64,000 nt of DNA from Nitrospirota bacterium (GTDB taxonomy: Bacteria; Nitrospirota; UBA9217). Below, piece by piece: positions 1 to 10,586 of this stretch; positions within the stretch are counted from its first letter, which is position 1; every line of letters begins with the position of its first letter. The notes beneath the pieces were generated by a model that ran no database searches, was not told where the DNA came from, and saw only the letters and a list, made by a program, of their open reading frames with translations. The stretch is taken from assembly GCA_963845065.1 (NCBI GenBank), contig CAWJQQ010000002.1, positions 128,001-192,000 on the forward strand, in the 5' to 3' direction. Made by a program: the position numbers and the translations under genes.

Positions 1-1
1 C

Positions 2-667
2 GCACTCGTGGAAATGATAGCCCGCCTGCGATCGCAACTGCCTGACCGCTTTCTCTGTGCCACTTCCTGGGGCCCATTCACCTGGGCGATGATCTTGTGC
101 GACTGGAACCTCCTGCAGGAAAAAACGCTGACGGATACGGAGTTTATCCTGGAGGTGTGCGAACTTGGTGTCCGCCTTTCTTCCGCGTTTTTCCGTCCGC
201 TCATCGAACGGGGACTGATTGACGGCATCGTAATCTCTGACGGGGCGGCCACGCTTATTCCCCTTGATCTGTACCGTGATGCGGTACTCCCCTGTGAGCA
301 AAAGCTCTTCGAGCAGGTTGGGGAACGAGGCGTTGCTCGCTTCTTTCACCAGTGCGGCGATATTCGCGCCCAGTTGGCCCTCTATCCTGATACCGGCGCT
401 GACTGCATATCGCTCGACACGGGCGTGCGCCTCGGAGATGTGTACAAGCTCTATCGTGAACAAGTTGTTCTTGCCGGGAACATAGATGTAATCAGAACGG
501 TGTTCGGCGGGGACACCACTATGTTGTGCCAGGCTGTTTCCGAATGCGTTTCCGGATTTGCCGATCCTTTCCGGAAATTCATCCTCATGCCTTCCTGCGA
601 TCTGCCTCTTGAGACGCCCTTAAGGAATGCGAAGACCTTTCTTGCCTGTGCTGACCGGATTGCATAA
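2..667 (+). CDS. Uroporphyrinogen decarboxylase / MtaA-CmuA (MT2) methyltransferase family protein, 5' end outside window
   Basis: GPFT motif, HQCG (HxC) zinc motif, GNID and C-terminal ILMPSCDLP; frame is open from the window edge. Confidence 0.85.
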   Translation, partial: ALVEMIARLRSQLPDRFLCATSWGPFTWAMILCDWNLLQEKTLTDTEFILEVCELGVRLSSAFFRPLIERGLIDGIVISDGAATLIPLDLYRDAVLPCEQKLFEQVGERGVARFFHQCGDIRAQLALYPDTGADCISLDTGVRLGDVYKLYREQVVLAGNIDVIRTVFGGDTTMLCQAVSECVSGFADPFRKFILMPSCDLPLETPLRNAKTFLACADRIA

Positions 668-751
668 AAACAGCAACTCCTGGTTGTCCAATCTTGTTAA
701 GCGATTATTGCTCATTATCATTCGCGCCACGCCTTCGCCAGGTGAACCAAC

Positions 752-786
752 AAAAAAGGCGTTGTCGTGATCGACAATGCCTTTTT
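752..786. terminator. Bidirectional intrinsic terminator
   Basis: AAAAAAGGCGTTGTCG-TGAT-CGACAATGCCTTTTT between convergent genes. Confidence 0.8.
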
Positions 787-811
787 GCCCCGGGCGCTTC
801 ATGCAACAACC

Positions 812-1345
812 TTATTCCCCCGCAAACTCCGTAAGAGCGAAGACTTTATACCCTTTTTCTTCTAGTCTTTTTTTCCCGCCAACGTCCGGAAGATCTACGA
901 TAAACGCTATCTCTACGATTTTTGCCCCAAGCTTTTCCACAAGCGCGGCAGCGGCCAATGCAGTGCCACCGGTCGCGAGAAGGTCATCGATAAGCAGGAC
1001 CCGTTCGCCCTTTTTCAGCGCATCCTTGTGCATTTCTATCTTGTCCGTACCATATTCGAGTTCATACTCCTGGGAAACTACCTCGGCAGGGAGCTTGCCC
1101 TTTTTACGGATCGGGATGAACCCTTTGCCGAGCGTATATGCCAAAACCGAACCGACAATGAACCCGCGTGACTCGATGCCTACGATCGTATCGAAGGAAA
1201 AGTCCGAATGCAGGTATCGCTGGGTCAGCGTGTCGATCATGAGCCGGAAGCCGACGGGGTCCTTGATAAGCGTAGTGATGTCGCGGAACATGATCCCCTT
1301 CTTGGGATAGTTTGGAATGGTCCTGATCTTTGATTTAATCGGCAT
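812..1345 (-). CDS. apt: Adenine phosphoribosyltransferase
   Basis: IRTIPNYPKKGIMFRDIT, GIESRGF, RKKGKLP, LEYG, IDDLLATGGT; start taken at MPIKSK. Confidence 0.97.
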   Translation of the reverse strand: MPIKSKIRTIPNYPKKGIMFRDITTLIKDPVGFRLMIDTLTQRYLHSDFSFDTIVGIESRGFIVGSVLAYTLGKGFIPIRKKGKLPAEVVSQEYELEYGTDKIEMHKDALKKGERVLLIDDLLATGGTALAAAALVEKLGAKIVEIAFIVDLPDVGGKKRLEEKGYKVFALTEFAGE

Positions 1346-1408
1346 TGTTTCTCCTGACAAATTGATCATCGTTCGCCGCGGCCTCTGTAGTTGCTCTTTT
1401 TTCATGCT

Positions 1409-1990
1409 TCAGCAGGTCTCGCTCTCTGCGCCTTCGGTCTCCCCGTATTTTTCCACTCCGATCTGGTAGAGATCGTTACCGTAAACATCGTTCACGACGA
1501 CCGCGGGAAAATTCTCGACGTAGAGCCGCATAATGGCTTCCGCTCCAAGTTCGGGAAAGGCAATCACCTCGGCCTTTCTTATTGCTTTGGACATGAGCGC
1601 GCCTGCGCCGCCAATAGCCGCAAAATAAACAGCTTTGTAGCGCTGGATCGCATCTTTGACGGCCTGTCCTCGCGGCCCCTTTCCGATCATGCCCTTAAGG
1701 CCTAGTTCTAGCAGAGTTGGCGTGTACTTGTCCATACGGTAACTTGTTGTTGGGCCTGCTGAGCCAATGGGTTTTCCCGGAGGTGCAGGAGTGGGCCCGG
1801 TATAGTAAAGAATCTGACCCATAAGATCGAACGGCAGTTTCTCACCGTTGTTGTGGCCGTCCACCATGTACTTGTGCGCCATGTCTCTCCCGGTATACAT
1901 CACGCCTGTGATTAGCACATGGTCCCCGGCCTTCAGGTCAGAAATGACGTCGTCGGTTAAGGGAGTTTCTATTTTTATCGGTTTGGTCAT
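1409..1990 (-). CDS. Fe-S fumarate hydratase (class I, two-subunit), beta subunit
   Basis: TGRDMAH, GPTTSYRMD, GMIGKG, GGAGAL motifs; next to alpha subunit and mdh. Confidence 0.93.
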   Translation of the reverse strand: MTKPIKIETPLTDDVISDLKAGDHVLITGVMYTGRDMAHKYMVDGHNNGEKLPFDLMGQILYYTGPTPAPPGKPIGSAGPTTSYRMDKYTPTLLELGLKGMIGKGPRGQAVKDAIQRYKAVYFAAIGGAGALMSKAIRKAEVIAFPELGAEAIMRLYVENFPAVVVNDVYGNDLYQIGVEKYGETEGAESETC

Positions 1991-2043
1991 GCTCTATATT
2001 CTCGCAAACAGGCAACCTGCGCAAGGCTTTTAATGCGTCCCTA

Positions 2044-2883
2044 TTAAAGGGTAATCGTCTTATGCCTTGCCGCGTGGCAATTTATATTGACCGCTACCGG
2101 CAAGCTCGCGATATGACAGGGAAAGCTTTCAACATGCACGGCCATCGCCGTTACCTTGCCGCCAAGCCCTTCCGGCCCAATGCCGGTTTTGTTCACAGCC
2201 TTAAGAAGGGTCTCTTCCAAAGACGACAGTTCCAGCTTGGAATTCGGGCTGCCTACGGGCCGCAAGAGCGCTTTCTTCGCAAGGAGCGCCGCCTTCTCGA
2301 AATCGCCGCCGATACCTACTCCGATAACAACGGGCGGACAGGGGTTAGCGCCGGCCCTCTTTACACATTCGAGCACGAAGTTTTTGATGCCTTCGATGCC
2401 TTCGGTCGGCCTCAGCATCCGGATCACACTCATATTCTCGCTCCCCGCACCCTTTGGCATAAACGAGATCTTGAGTTTATCGCCGGGCACAAGCTCGATA
2501 TAGATGATAGCCGGCGTGTTATCGCCCGTATTTTTTCGGGTGATCGGGTCAACGACGGATTTCCGAAGATACCCCTCCTTATATCCTTTACGCACGCCCT
2601 CGTTGATGGCATCGATGATGAAACCGTTCTTGATCCTGAGGTCCTGGCCCAGCTCAACAAAAAAAATAGCGATGCCCGTGTCCTGACAGAGAGGAATATG
2701 CTCTTCCTTTGCTATGCGCGCGTTCTCCTTCAGGAGCCCGATGATCTCCTTAGCCCCCGGCGCCGTCTCGGTCTCCGCGGCGCGGTCAAAGGCCATAAGC
2801 ACGTCCTCATTCAGGTTGTATGCTGCATCGACGCAGATCTGCGCTACGTGGTCTACGATCTCGTCTACATGAATTTCGCGCAT
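2044..2883 (-). CDS. Fe-S fumarate hydratase (class I, two-subunit), alpha subunit
   Basis: [38 protein letters not shown]. Confidence 0.94.
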   Translation of the reverse strand: MREIHVDEIVDHVAQICVDAAYNLNEDVLMAFDRAAETETAPGAKEIIGLLKENARIAKEEHIPLCQDTGIAIFFVELGQDLRIKNGFIIDAINEGVRKGYKEGYLRKSVVDPITRKNTGDNTPAIIYIELVPGDKLKISFMPKGAGSENMSVIRMLRPTEGIEGIKNFVLECVKRAGANPCPPVVIGVGIGGDFEKAALLAKKALLRPVGSPNSKLELSSLEETLLKAVNKTGIGPEGLGGKVTAMAVHVESFPCHIASLPVAVNINCHAARHKTITL

Positions 2884-3788
2884 CCCGATCTCACCGCCTC
2901 TACTGATTTCATGAAGGCCGAATTTTCATCGGCGCTCAGTTTGATTTCAACAACCTGCTCTGCTCCCTTCGCTCCGAGCTTGACCGGCACTCCGGCGAAC
3001 GCACCTTTGACGCCGTACTCGCCGTCGAGATACACGGAACAGGGAAGTATCTTCTTTTTGTCCAGCAGGATGGCATCGACCATTTCTAGGGTGGAAGCCG
3101 ACGGGGCGTAATAGGCACTGCCAGTTTTGAGCAGCGCAACGATCTCGGCGCCTCCGTTCTTCGTCCGGTCAACCAGTTTATCAATGGCCGCTTTGCTCAT
3201 CAATTCGGTGATCGGTATGCCGGCCACGGTCGAGTATCGCGGCAAAGGGACCATGGAATCGCCATGACCGCCGAGCACGAAAGCATGAGTATTCTCTACC
3301 GATACGCCGAGTTCCCTGGCGATGAAAGTCCGGAACCGCGCGGAATCGAGCACGCCGCCCATGCCGATGACCCGTTCCTTGGGGAACCCACTCGCCTTCA
3401 TAGCCACGAAGGCCATCACATCCATGGGGTTCGTGACCACGATCATTACCGCATTTGGGGAACGGCGCGAGGTCTCGTTAGCTACGATCTTCACGATGTT
3501 TCCGTTTAGGGAAAGTAAGTCGTCGCGGCTCATACCTGGTTTTCGCGCCAGACCGGCCGTAATCACGATGATGTCCGACCCGGCAGTTTCGTCATACCCA
3601 TTTGTGCCGGTGATCATCGAATCATATCCGATGAGCGGGCCCGCCTCCAGAAGATCGAGTCCCTTGCCTTGCGGCACGCCTTCGACCACGTCGACCATCA
3701 CTACATCCGCTAACTGGGATTCCGCGATACGCTGTACCAGCGTCGCCCCCACATTGCCCGCACCAACAACCGTTACTTTTTTCCGCAT
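2865..3788 (-). CDS. mdh: Malate dehydrogenase (LDH-like)
   Basis: [35 protein letters not shown]; start taken at MRKKV. Confidence 0.96.
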   Translation of the reverse strand: MRKKVTVVGAGNVGATLVQRIAESQLADVVMVDVVEGVPQGKGLDLLEAGPLIGYDSMITGTNGYDETAGSDIIVITAGLARKPGMSRDDLLSLNGNIVKIVANETSRRSPNAVMIVVTNPMDVMAFVAMKASGFPKERVIGMGGVLDSARFRTFIARELGVSVENTHAFVLGGHGDSMVPLPRYSTVAGIPITELMSKAAIDKLVDRTKNGGAEIVALLKTGSAYYAPSASTLEMVDAILLDKKKILPCSVYLDGEYGVKGAFAGVPVKLGAKGAEQVVEIKLSADENSAFMKSVEAVRSGCAKFM

Positions 3789-3879
3789 AACACCTCCTCG
3801 AAATTTGCCATGAACCATGGAGCAGAGAACAGAATGTTTGCATACGGCCCTGTGCGCCATGCTCTAAGCCCTGTATCTT

Positions 3880-5157
3880 TTATAGTTTTGTTATTTTCAC
3901 CTTGCTGATCTTTCTCCCTTCGAGTTCAAGGACCTCAAGCTTCAGATGCCGATACCTCAATTGTTCTCCGACTTTCGGCATCCTGCCGAAGAGCCCGAAC
4001 ACAAAACCCCCGAGCGTATTGAAGTCCGTTGACTGGAGGTTCGCGTCGAGCAGCTCATTCACCTCGTCAAGGGGAGACTGGCCCGAAACCACGAAGTTCT
4101 TCTCATCAACGATCTGGACGTCCTTTTCCTCGGATTCCAGCTCGTCGTGAATGCTGCCGACGATTTCCTCGATCAGGTCTTCAAGGGTCACGAGTCCGGC
4201 TGTGCCGCCGTATTCGTCTATAACAATGGCGAGCTGGAACCGTTCCTGCTGCATTTCTGACAAAAGCTCGCTCACCCGTTTATTTTCGGGAATAAAGTAT
4301 GCTGATCTGATGAATTGCTGGATGCCTGCCTCGCGATTCACGTCTCCCGATGCCAGGGCAACGAGAATGTCCTTGATATACAGGATGCCGATGACCGTGT
4401 CCACCGTATCCTCTATAACGGGATATCGTGAATATCCGAAAACCGATACGAGTGCGAACACTTCCCGGAGTGCCGCTTTCGAGGGTACGCTGACGATCTC
4501 GGTCCGAGGCCTCATAGCTTCCGATGCCACTGTATCGCCGAACTCGAACACTTTGTGGAGCAGTTCCTTTTCTTCCTCTTTCAGCGAGCCGCGCTCTTCG
4601 CCCAGGTTGATCATCGCCTTGATGTCTTCCTCGGTGACCACCGTGGAGCAGGACGCGCCTTCTGGCCCCGGGCCGACGACAAGGTCGGCGGCGCCCGTCA
4701 GCAAACGTGAGAAAGGCGTCAGGACTTTCATGATCACGTTCAGAGAAGAAGCGACGGACAGAGCGATCCGGTCTGGATTTTTACAGGCAATTCCCTTCGG
4801 CGCCAGCTTTGCAAAGAACACAACCGGAATGGTTACGAGAAGCACCGTGATTGCAGCCGCAAGACTGACTTCCGTAATCAGGCTTGCGGCAATAACCATG
4901 GCGATTACAGCGGCAAGAACGATAAGAAAATTTTCAGCCAAAAGCAGCGTGGTATGCAGACGGTCACGTTCCTGCACGAGCATGAGGGCAGCCTTCGCCT
5001 GCTTGTTTCCTCTTTCGGCGAGCTCCTTAAGGCGCCCCTTGTTCGAAAACACGATGGCTGTCTCGGCTCCCGCAAAAAAAGCGGCAACGAGGATGCTGAC
5101 ACCCACAGCCAGTAGAGACGCCCAGAAGACGTTTATAAAGGCCAAAATCGAAGTCAT
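3880..5157 (-). CDS. CNNM/hemolysin-family membrane protein (DUF21 + CBS pair + CorC domain)
   Basis: AFFAGAETA, YSRYPV, IDEYGGTAGLVTLEDLIEEIVG, TLGGFV. Confidence 0.93.
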   Translation of the reverse strand: MTSILAFINVFWASLLAVGVSILVAAFFAGAETAIVFSNKGRLKELAERGNKQAKAALMLVQERDRLHTTLLLAENFLIVLAAVIAMVIAASLITEVSLAAAITVLLVTIPVVFFAKLAPKGIACKNPDRIALSVASSLNVIMKVLTPFSRLLTGAADLVVGPGPEGASCSTVVTEEDIKAMINLGEERGSLKEEEKELLHKVFEFGDTVASEAMRPRTEIVSVPSKAALREVFALVSVFGYSRYPVIEDTVDTVIGILYIKDILVALASGDVNREAGIQQFIRSAYFIPENKRVSELLSEMQQERFQLAIVIDEYGGTAGLVTLEDLIEEIVGSIHDELESEEKDVQIVDEKNFVVSGQSPLDEVNELLDANLQSTDFNTLGGFVFGLFGRMPKVGEQLRYRHLKLEVLELEGRKISKVKITKL

Positions 5158-5229
5158 ATTTCGAATGCGGATCGCGAATATCAGAATGCAGACCGGATGT
5201 CCACAGTCCCAAAATTCGACATCATCCCT

Positions 5230-5480
5230 GCTCCCCCGTTATATGGGCAATCATCCGCAGTTGCTGACCTTTTCAGAATTTTGAGCATCGCGGCGGGCCG
5301 CCGGCGTACGCCGCTGACCCGATGAATTCGACATCCGCTCTATCTGCGGTTCGTGGCCATGATCTTTTCGTTCAATTCAATGAGCTCAAGGATGCCGGTG
5401 CGGCCGACGCATCCCCTGCCCCGGAATTGGGGATCTCCATACTTCTCGATGATTTTACGTCCTTGCTGATACAGGCCCGA
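5230..5480 (-). pseudogene. Degraded fragment resembling a GspE/PilB ATPase C-terminus
   Basis: Minus-strand translation LYQQGR...GRGCVGRTGILELIELNEKI resembles the GRTGIFEL motif; no intact ORF. Confidence 0.35.
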
Positions 5481-5576
5481 TGGCCGGCTCGTTAAAAAAA
5501 TCTCAGGCCTCTAAATATTATACACGGAAATCAATGCTCACAGCACACTCTTCTGTCCGCCTGCTCAAAAATAAAA

Positions 5577-5597
5577 GGCCCCCTCAGTTGGGGGGCC
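5577..5597 (-). terminator. Intrinsic terminator after small lipoprotein gene
   Basis: GGCCCCC-N-GGGGGCC hairpin followed by a T-rich tract on the minus strand. Confidence 0.65.
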
Positions 5598-5630
5598 ATT
5601 CTTAAATTTCCCAGTTCATAACCTTCGAAA

Positions 5631-5825
5631 CTACTTTTTTTCCGGCTGTGCCGGTGCAGGAGCAGGTGCAGGTGCCGGAGAAGTTGCCGGAGCCATTGCA
5701 GTGGGAGCAGGCGACGTTGCTACGGCAGGCTGAGCTGGTGCAGCCTCTTCTTTCTTTTGACAGCCAACCAGAGCCACGGTCGCAACAAATACGAGGGCCG
5801 ATATGATTACGAGGAATTTTTTCAA
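5631..5825 (-). CDS. Small Pro/Ala-rich lipoprotein
   Basis: MKK + hydrophobic stretch + lipobox ALVG-C; PAPAPA low-complexity tail; AAGGAGG RBS. Confidence 0.8.
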   Translation of the reverse strand: MKKFLVIISALVFVATVALVGCQKKEEAAPAQPAVATSPAPTAMAPATSPAPAPAPAPAQPEKK

Positions 5826-5940
5826 GAATGTTCACCTCCTTTCACGTTGAGATCAATAAAAATACAGGGACGCGCCCTGCAGGAAAAAACACCATATGTT
5901 CAATACCAGGTGATCAAAGCACCATGGAGGTGACACAACA

Positions 5941-6168
5941 TTACAATATCCTGGTTGCGACCGAGCGTGTTACAGTAAGTTCCCTGACTTTTTGTCCGAG
6001 CTTATCCTCAAGAACCAGCTGCTGTTCCTCACTGAGCCGAAGCCGGAAAACACGCAGTTTGTTCAGTGACCGCTTCGTAAGGTATATTTCGCGAAGCTCA
6101 AAACCGATCTGTTTTTTTATTTCCGCCATCTGCTGCGGTGTCAGTTCAAGCTTTACGATTTCGTCCAC
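5941..6168 (-). CDS. Hypothetical protein
   Basis: 75-aa ORF with GGAGG RBS before a GTG start; internal LxLTxxQ / LxLSxxQ repeat. Confidence 0.6.
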   Translation of the reverse strand: MDEIVKLELTPQQMAEIKKQIGFELREIYLTKRSLNKLRVFRLRLSEEQQLVLEDKLGQKVRELTVTRSVATRIL

Positions 6169-6337
6169 AGGACAATACCTCCCGAAAATCAGTATAAGCT
6201 GACATTATAGGCTTGTCTATGGAGGATTTCAAGTTAATTTTGGGCCTCATATTCACTGTTGCGGCTTAACCGCGATGACTTGCTTAATCCCGAGAAATTC
6301 TGCCAATGAGCTCCGAATCCTACACTACTCGGATCAG

Positions 6338-8029
6338 TTACAGCTCCATGACCAGCTTCTTCTCAATTTTTGCCACCGCTTCCTCAACTTTGACCTTTTC
6401 CACGGCGCCGGTCTTGCGCTCTTTGATCTCCACCATATTATCCTTGAGATTTTTTTCACCGATGACGATGCGCCAGGGAATCCCGATGAGATCAGCGTCT
6501 TTGAACTTAACGCCGGCCCGTTCGTCCCGGTCGTCCATCAATACCTCGAATCCCTTCTCCTCCAGGGCTGTATACATCTCTTCGGCGACATCCATGGATT
6601 TCAGGTCTTTCACATTGACCGGCACAACGAGTATCTGGAACGGCGCGATTACAGGCGGCCAGATAATCCCGTTCTCGTCATTCCCCTGTTCAACGGCGGC
6701 GGCGGCGATGCGCGCCGGGCCGACGCCGTAGCTGCCCATGATAATCGGCTTCTCATTGCCTTGCTCGTCGAGATAGTTTGCTTTGAGCGGTACCGAGTAT
6801 TTGGTCCCCAGCTTAAAAATATTCCCCACCTCGATGACCCGTTCGACCCTGAGCGGCTTGCCGCATCGGGCGCAGGCGTCGCCTGATGCTGCTAAATGAA
6901 TGTCGGCAAACTCGGCATCGGCGTAGTGTTTGTCTGCGCTTACTCCCTTTACATGGTATCCTTCTCTGTTCGCTCCGGCGACGTACAACCCCTGCTTTAG
7001 AACCAGGTCTGCTATTTTCCTTACCTTGTGGCCCATGGGGCCGATAAAGCCCGCGGGCACACCGAGGACCGACCTTACCTCGTCCTTCTGTGCCGGACGG
7101 TGCGGGCCGGCAAGCTTTGCAAGTTTCTTTTCATGCAGCACCTGATCACCGCGCACTAAAGCGAGGACAGGGCCACTATCGCTCATGACGAGAATAGATT
7201 TGATCAGTTGCTCAGGTGTCACCTTCAGGAAACGGGTCACCTCGTCGATGGTCCGCCGTTCCGGTGTGGCCACCTCTTCAAAACCCCAATCCTGCGATTG
7301 GCTTGCTTTTGGCGTGGACAATGCCAGCTCAGTATTCGCTGCATATCCGCAGCCGTCGCAGAGCGCCACATCGTCTTCGCCAGACGCCGAAGGGGCCATG
7401 TACTCGTGGGCCATGGAGCCGCCCATCATGCCTGTATCGCTCTCGACCACGTAGAACCTGATGCCGCATCGGGCGTAGATCTTTTTGTACGCTTCGAGAT
7501 GGAGCTGGTAAGACTTGTCGAGCCCCTCTTCATCACGATCAAAACTATAGGAATCCTTCATCGTGAACTCACGCGTTCGCAGTATGCCGCTCTTGGGCCG
7601 TGCTTCGTCCCTGAGTTTCGTCTGGATCTGATACCAGATCTGCGGCAGGTCGCGGTAGGAGCGCAGATCGTGGGCTGCAAGCCATGTCATGGTCTCTTCA
7701 TGGGTCATGGCGAGGCACATATCGCGGCCTCCACGGTCCTTCAAGCGGAACATCTCGTCGCCGATGGCGTCCCACCTGCCTGTTTGCTGCCATACCTCGG
7801 AAGGATTCAATACCGGCATGGCCACTTCCTGGCCACCGATGGCATTCATCTCCTCACGGATGATCCGGTTGATCTTTTCCATCACCCGAATGCCTAGCGG
7901 CAGGTAAATATAGAGCCCAGCCGCGAGTTGCCGGACGAAACCGGCACGCACCATAAGCTTGTGAGACACTGCCTCCGCCTCGGCCGGCGCTTCTTTCAAG
8001 GTCGGGATAAATAAACGGGAAAAGCGCAT
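6338..8029 (-). CDS. proS: Proline--tRNA ligase (with editing domain)
   Basis: SHKLMVRAG, THEE, RTREFTMKDSYSF, IEVGNIFKLG, GVKFKDADLIG; start taken at MRFSRL. Confidence 0.98.
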   Translation of the reverse strand: MRFSRLFIPTLKEAPAEAEAVSHKLMVRAGFVRQLAAGLYIYLPLGIRVMEKINRIIREEMNAIGGQEVAMPVLNPSEVWQQTGRWDAIGDEMFRLKDRGGRDMCLAMTHEETMTWLAAHDLRSYRDLPQIWYQIQTKLRDEARPKSGILRTREFTMKDSYSFDRDEEGLDKSYQLHLEAYKKIYARCGIRFYVVESDTGMMGGSMAHEYMAPSASGEDDVALCDGCGYAANTELALSTPKASQSQDWGFEEVATPERRTIDEVTRFLKVTPEQLIKSILVMSDSGPVLALVRGDQVLHEKKLAKLAGPHRPAQKDEVRSVLGVPAGFIGPMGHKVRKIADLVLKQGLYVAGANREGYHVKGVSADKHYADAEFADIHLAASGDACARCGKPLRVERVIEVGNIFKLGTKYSVPLKANYLDEQGNEKPIIMGSYGVGPARIAAAAVEQGNDENGIIWPPVIAPFQILVVPVNVKDLKSMDVAEEMYTALEEKGFEVLMDDRDERAGVKFKDADLIGIPWRIVIGEKNLKDNMVEIKERKTGAVEKVKVEEAVAKIEKKLVMEL

Positions 8030-8114
8030 GAAACCTCCAGGAAACAGCAGATAGCAGGTCCTAGCCAGCATACAGGGGGCTTTCCTATAAGCCCAGCCCC
8101 TCTCTATCTGCTGC

Positions 8115-9224
8115 CTACTTTGAGTTAATTGTTTTTTTTGCCAATTCTTCCACTTCTTTTACCAAAACATCAGCAAGCTCTATCTCATCAAATTTTTTTA
8201 AGATCTCACCGTGCTTAAACAACAGTCCTACACCCTTGCCGCCCGCGATGCCGACGTCCGCCTCACGTGCTTCGCCCGGTCCATTCACGATGCACCCCAT
8301 GACAGCAACCGTGATCGGTTCTTTGATATGAGCGAGACGCTTTTCAACCTCCTGGGCAAGGCCGATAATATTGATCTCGGTCCTGCCACAGGTAGGGCAG
8401 GAAATAAGGTTCACGCCCCGCTGCCTGATCTTCAGTGATTTTAATATTTCGTATGACACCCGCACTTCCTCGACAGGATCCGCAGTCAAGGACACACGCA
8501 TCGTATCGCCTATGCCCTCGGCAAGGAGAATGCCGAGACCGACGCTCGACTTGATCGTTCCTGAAAAGAGCGTGCCTGCCTCGGAGATCCCGATGTGAAG
8601 CGGGTAATCGGATTTCTGCGAAAACAACCGGTAGGCCGCGACGGTGATCATGACGTCCGAAGCTTTAAGCGATACCTTGATGTCCCTAAAATTCAACTCT
8701 TCAAGGATACGGATGTGACCGAAGGCGCTCTCGACGATGGCCTCAGGCGTCGGATGGCCGTACTTTCCAAGGAGGTGCTTCTCGAGCGAGCCCGCATTCA
8801 CGCCGATGCGTATCGGGATGTTCCTGTCCTTGCAGGCCCGGACCACTTGGGAGACTTTATCCTTGCCGCCGATATTCCCGGGGTTGATCCTGAGCCCATC
8901 GATCCCCTGTTTTACTGCTTCGATCGCCAAACGGTAGTCGAAATGGATGTCGGCGATCAGTGGAATGCCAGTCCCTTTTTTGATTTTACCGATGGCTTTC
9001 GCAGCAACCTCATCGGGGACTGCAAGGCGGACAATCTCGCATCCCGCCTGCTCGAGCCTCTCGATCTGGGCAAGCGTCGCCTTGTGGTCGCGGGTGTCGG
9101 TATTGCACATAGACTGGACCGCGACAGGCGCACCGCCGCCAATCATTACGGCGCCGATGGATATTTGTTTAGTTTTTTTCCGGATAATTTCAGAATTCAT
9201 GTTTGGGGAAAAACCCTCAATCAC
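8115..9224 (-). CDS. ispG: 4-hydroxy-3-methylbut-2-en-1-yl diphosphate synthase
   Basis: VQSM, ADIHF, RINPGN, RIGVNAGSL, SCPTCGR, MGCIVNGPGE; exact start uncertain. Confidence 0.97.
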   Translation of the reverse strand: MIEGFSPNMNSEIIRKKTKQISIGAVMIGGGAPVAVQSMCNTDTRDHKATLAQIERLEQAGCEIVRLAVPDEVAAKAIGKIKKGTGIPLIADIHFDYRLAIEAVKQGIDGLRINPGNIGGKDKVSQVVRACKDRNIPIRIGVNAGSLEKHLLGKYGHPTPEAIVESAFGHIRILEELNFRDIKVSLKASDVMITVAAYRLFSQKSDYPLHIGISEAGTLFSGTIKSSVGLGILLAEGIGDTMRVSLTADPVEEVRVSYEILKSLKIRQRGVNLISCPTCGRTEINIIGLAQEVEKRLAHIKEPITVAVMGCIVNGPGEAREADVGIAGGKGVGLLFKHGEILKKFDEIELADVLVKEVEELAKKTINSK

Positions 9225-9282
9225 ATAGACTCAAAAGCCCGAGAAAATGTCCGTCCTTTGGTACCTTCAGAGCAACAAGTGT

Positions 9283-10566
9283 CTATTTACCGAAGAACAT
9301 CCTCATGATGTCATTGTACGATACCACGGCGATCAGCGTAATCAGAAGTCCGGCGCCGATGCTCTGCGACACTCCAATTACCTTCTGACTTACCGGCTTC
9401 CTGCGAATGGCCTCGATAACGAGGAACAATATCAGGCCGCCGTCGAGTACCGGGATCGGCATCAGGTTCAGGATGCCGAGTGAAATGCTGATCATGGCAA
9501 GGAGCGAGAGAAACGACGACAGTCCTGCCGCGGCAGCCTGACCGGACATTTGGGCAATCATCACGGGGCCGCCGAGGGTCTTGATCGACAGGCCGAAGGT
9601 AACCAGTTTCTTGAGGGTAATGAACGTGAGGTCGATCGACTCGAGGGTCTTGTCAAACCCGAGTTGAATGGATTCCATGAACCCGTACTTTTTGAAGACA
9701 AGGTTGAATACCGGCTCCACACCGATCACGAAGCGGCCGCCGTCCTCGATCGGCGTGACGTTTTTGTCGATGCGTTTGCCGCCTCGTTCGAGGGTGATGA
9801 TCAGATTCTTCCCCTTGCTGTCGCGCACGAGGGCCGAGAACTGGTTCCAATGATAGATCGTTTTGCCGTCCACGGCAAGGATCTTGTCGTTCATGGCGAT
9901 TCCTGCTTTTTCAGCGGGGAATCCCGGTTTTAACCTGCCGATCTCGGCGGGCATGTCCGGCACCAGCCCCGACATGCCGATCTTAAGTTCCGTTGCCATA
10001 ACGGGCCTCAGCGTCAACATTTTCTTTTGACCCTGCCGGTCGACGGTAATGCTCACGTCCGTATTGGGATTCAAGGCGATCAAAGACAGGGCCTTGGTCC
10101 AGTCGGTGATGGTCCGGCCGTTGATCTTCTCGATCACATCGCCTGCCATGAACCCGGCGCTCTGTGCCGGAGAGCCGGGCTCGACGTAGCCGACCTTAGC
10201 TGGTCCTTCCGAATAGGTACCGATCATGAACACAAGCGGCATGATGAGGAATGCAAGCGCAATGTTTGTGAGCGGGCCCGTTACCGCGATCTTTATACGC
10301 TGCCAAACGGTCTTCGACTGGAATTCGTCCGCAGCGCCCGTCGGCACTTCGTCGGGGTTCTCACCGGCCATCTTCACGTACCCGCCGAGCGGCAGCGCGG
10401 ACAGGATATACTCCGTATCGCCCTTCTTGTAACCAAAGAGCTTGGGGCCCATACCGAGTGAGAATTTTTCGATTCTGACCCCTGCACGCTTAGCCATGAT
10501 AAAGTGACCGAACTCGTGCACGAACACGAGAATTCCGATCACGATGAGAAAGTAAATTAATGTCAT
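9283..10566 (-). CDS. rseP: RIP metalloprotease RseP with two PDZ domains
   Basis: HEFGH, PLGGYVKM, NLMPIPVLDGG. Confidence 0.96.
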   Translation of the reverse strand: MTLIYFLIVIGILVFVHEFGHFIMAKRAGVRIEKFSLGMGPKLFGYKKGDTEYILSALPLGGYVKMAGENPDEVPTGAADEFQSKTVWQRIKIAVTGPLTNIALAFLIMPLVFMIGTYSEGPAKVGYVEPGSPAQSAGFMAGDVIEKINGRTITDWTKALSLIALNPNTDVSITVDRQGQKKMLTLRPVMATELKIGMSGLVPDMPAEIGRLKPGFPAEKAGIAMNDKILAVDGKTIYHWNQFSALVRDSKGKNLIITLERGGKRIDKNVTPIEDGGRFVIGVEPVFNLVFKKYGFMESIQLGFDKTLESIDLTFITLKKLVTFGLSIKTLGGPVMIAQMSGQAAAAGLSSFLSLLAMISISLGILNLMPIPVLDGGLILFLVIEAIRRKPVSQKVIGVSQSIGAGLLITLIAVVSYNDIMRMFFGK

Positions 10567-10586
10567 GTTGACTCCTTAATAATTTA

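Noticed and set aside
2062..5284. Long plus-strand ORFs (349 aa, 377 aa) and similar ones at 21748, 50405 and elsewhere
   Set aside because: They are antisense shadows of well-supported genes and have no recognisable motifs.
5631..5825. PA-repeat tract as a DNA repeat element
   Set aside because: It is explained by the low-complexity lipoprotein coding sequence.
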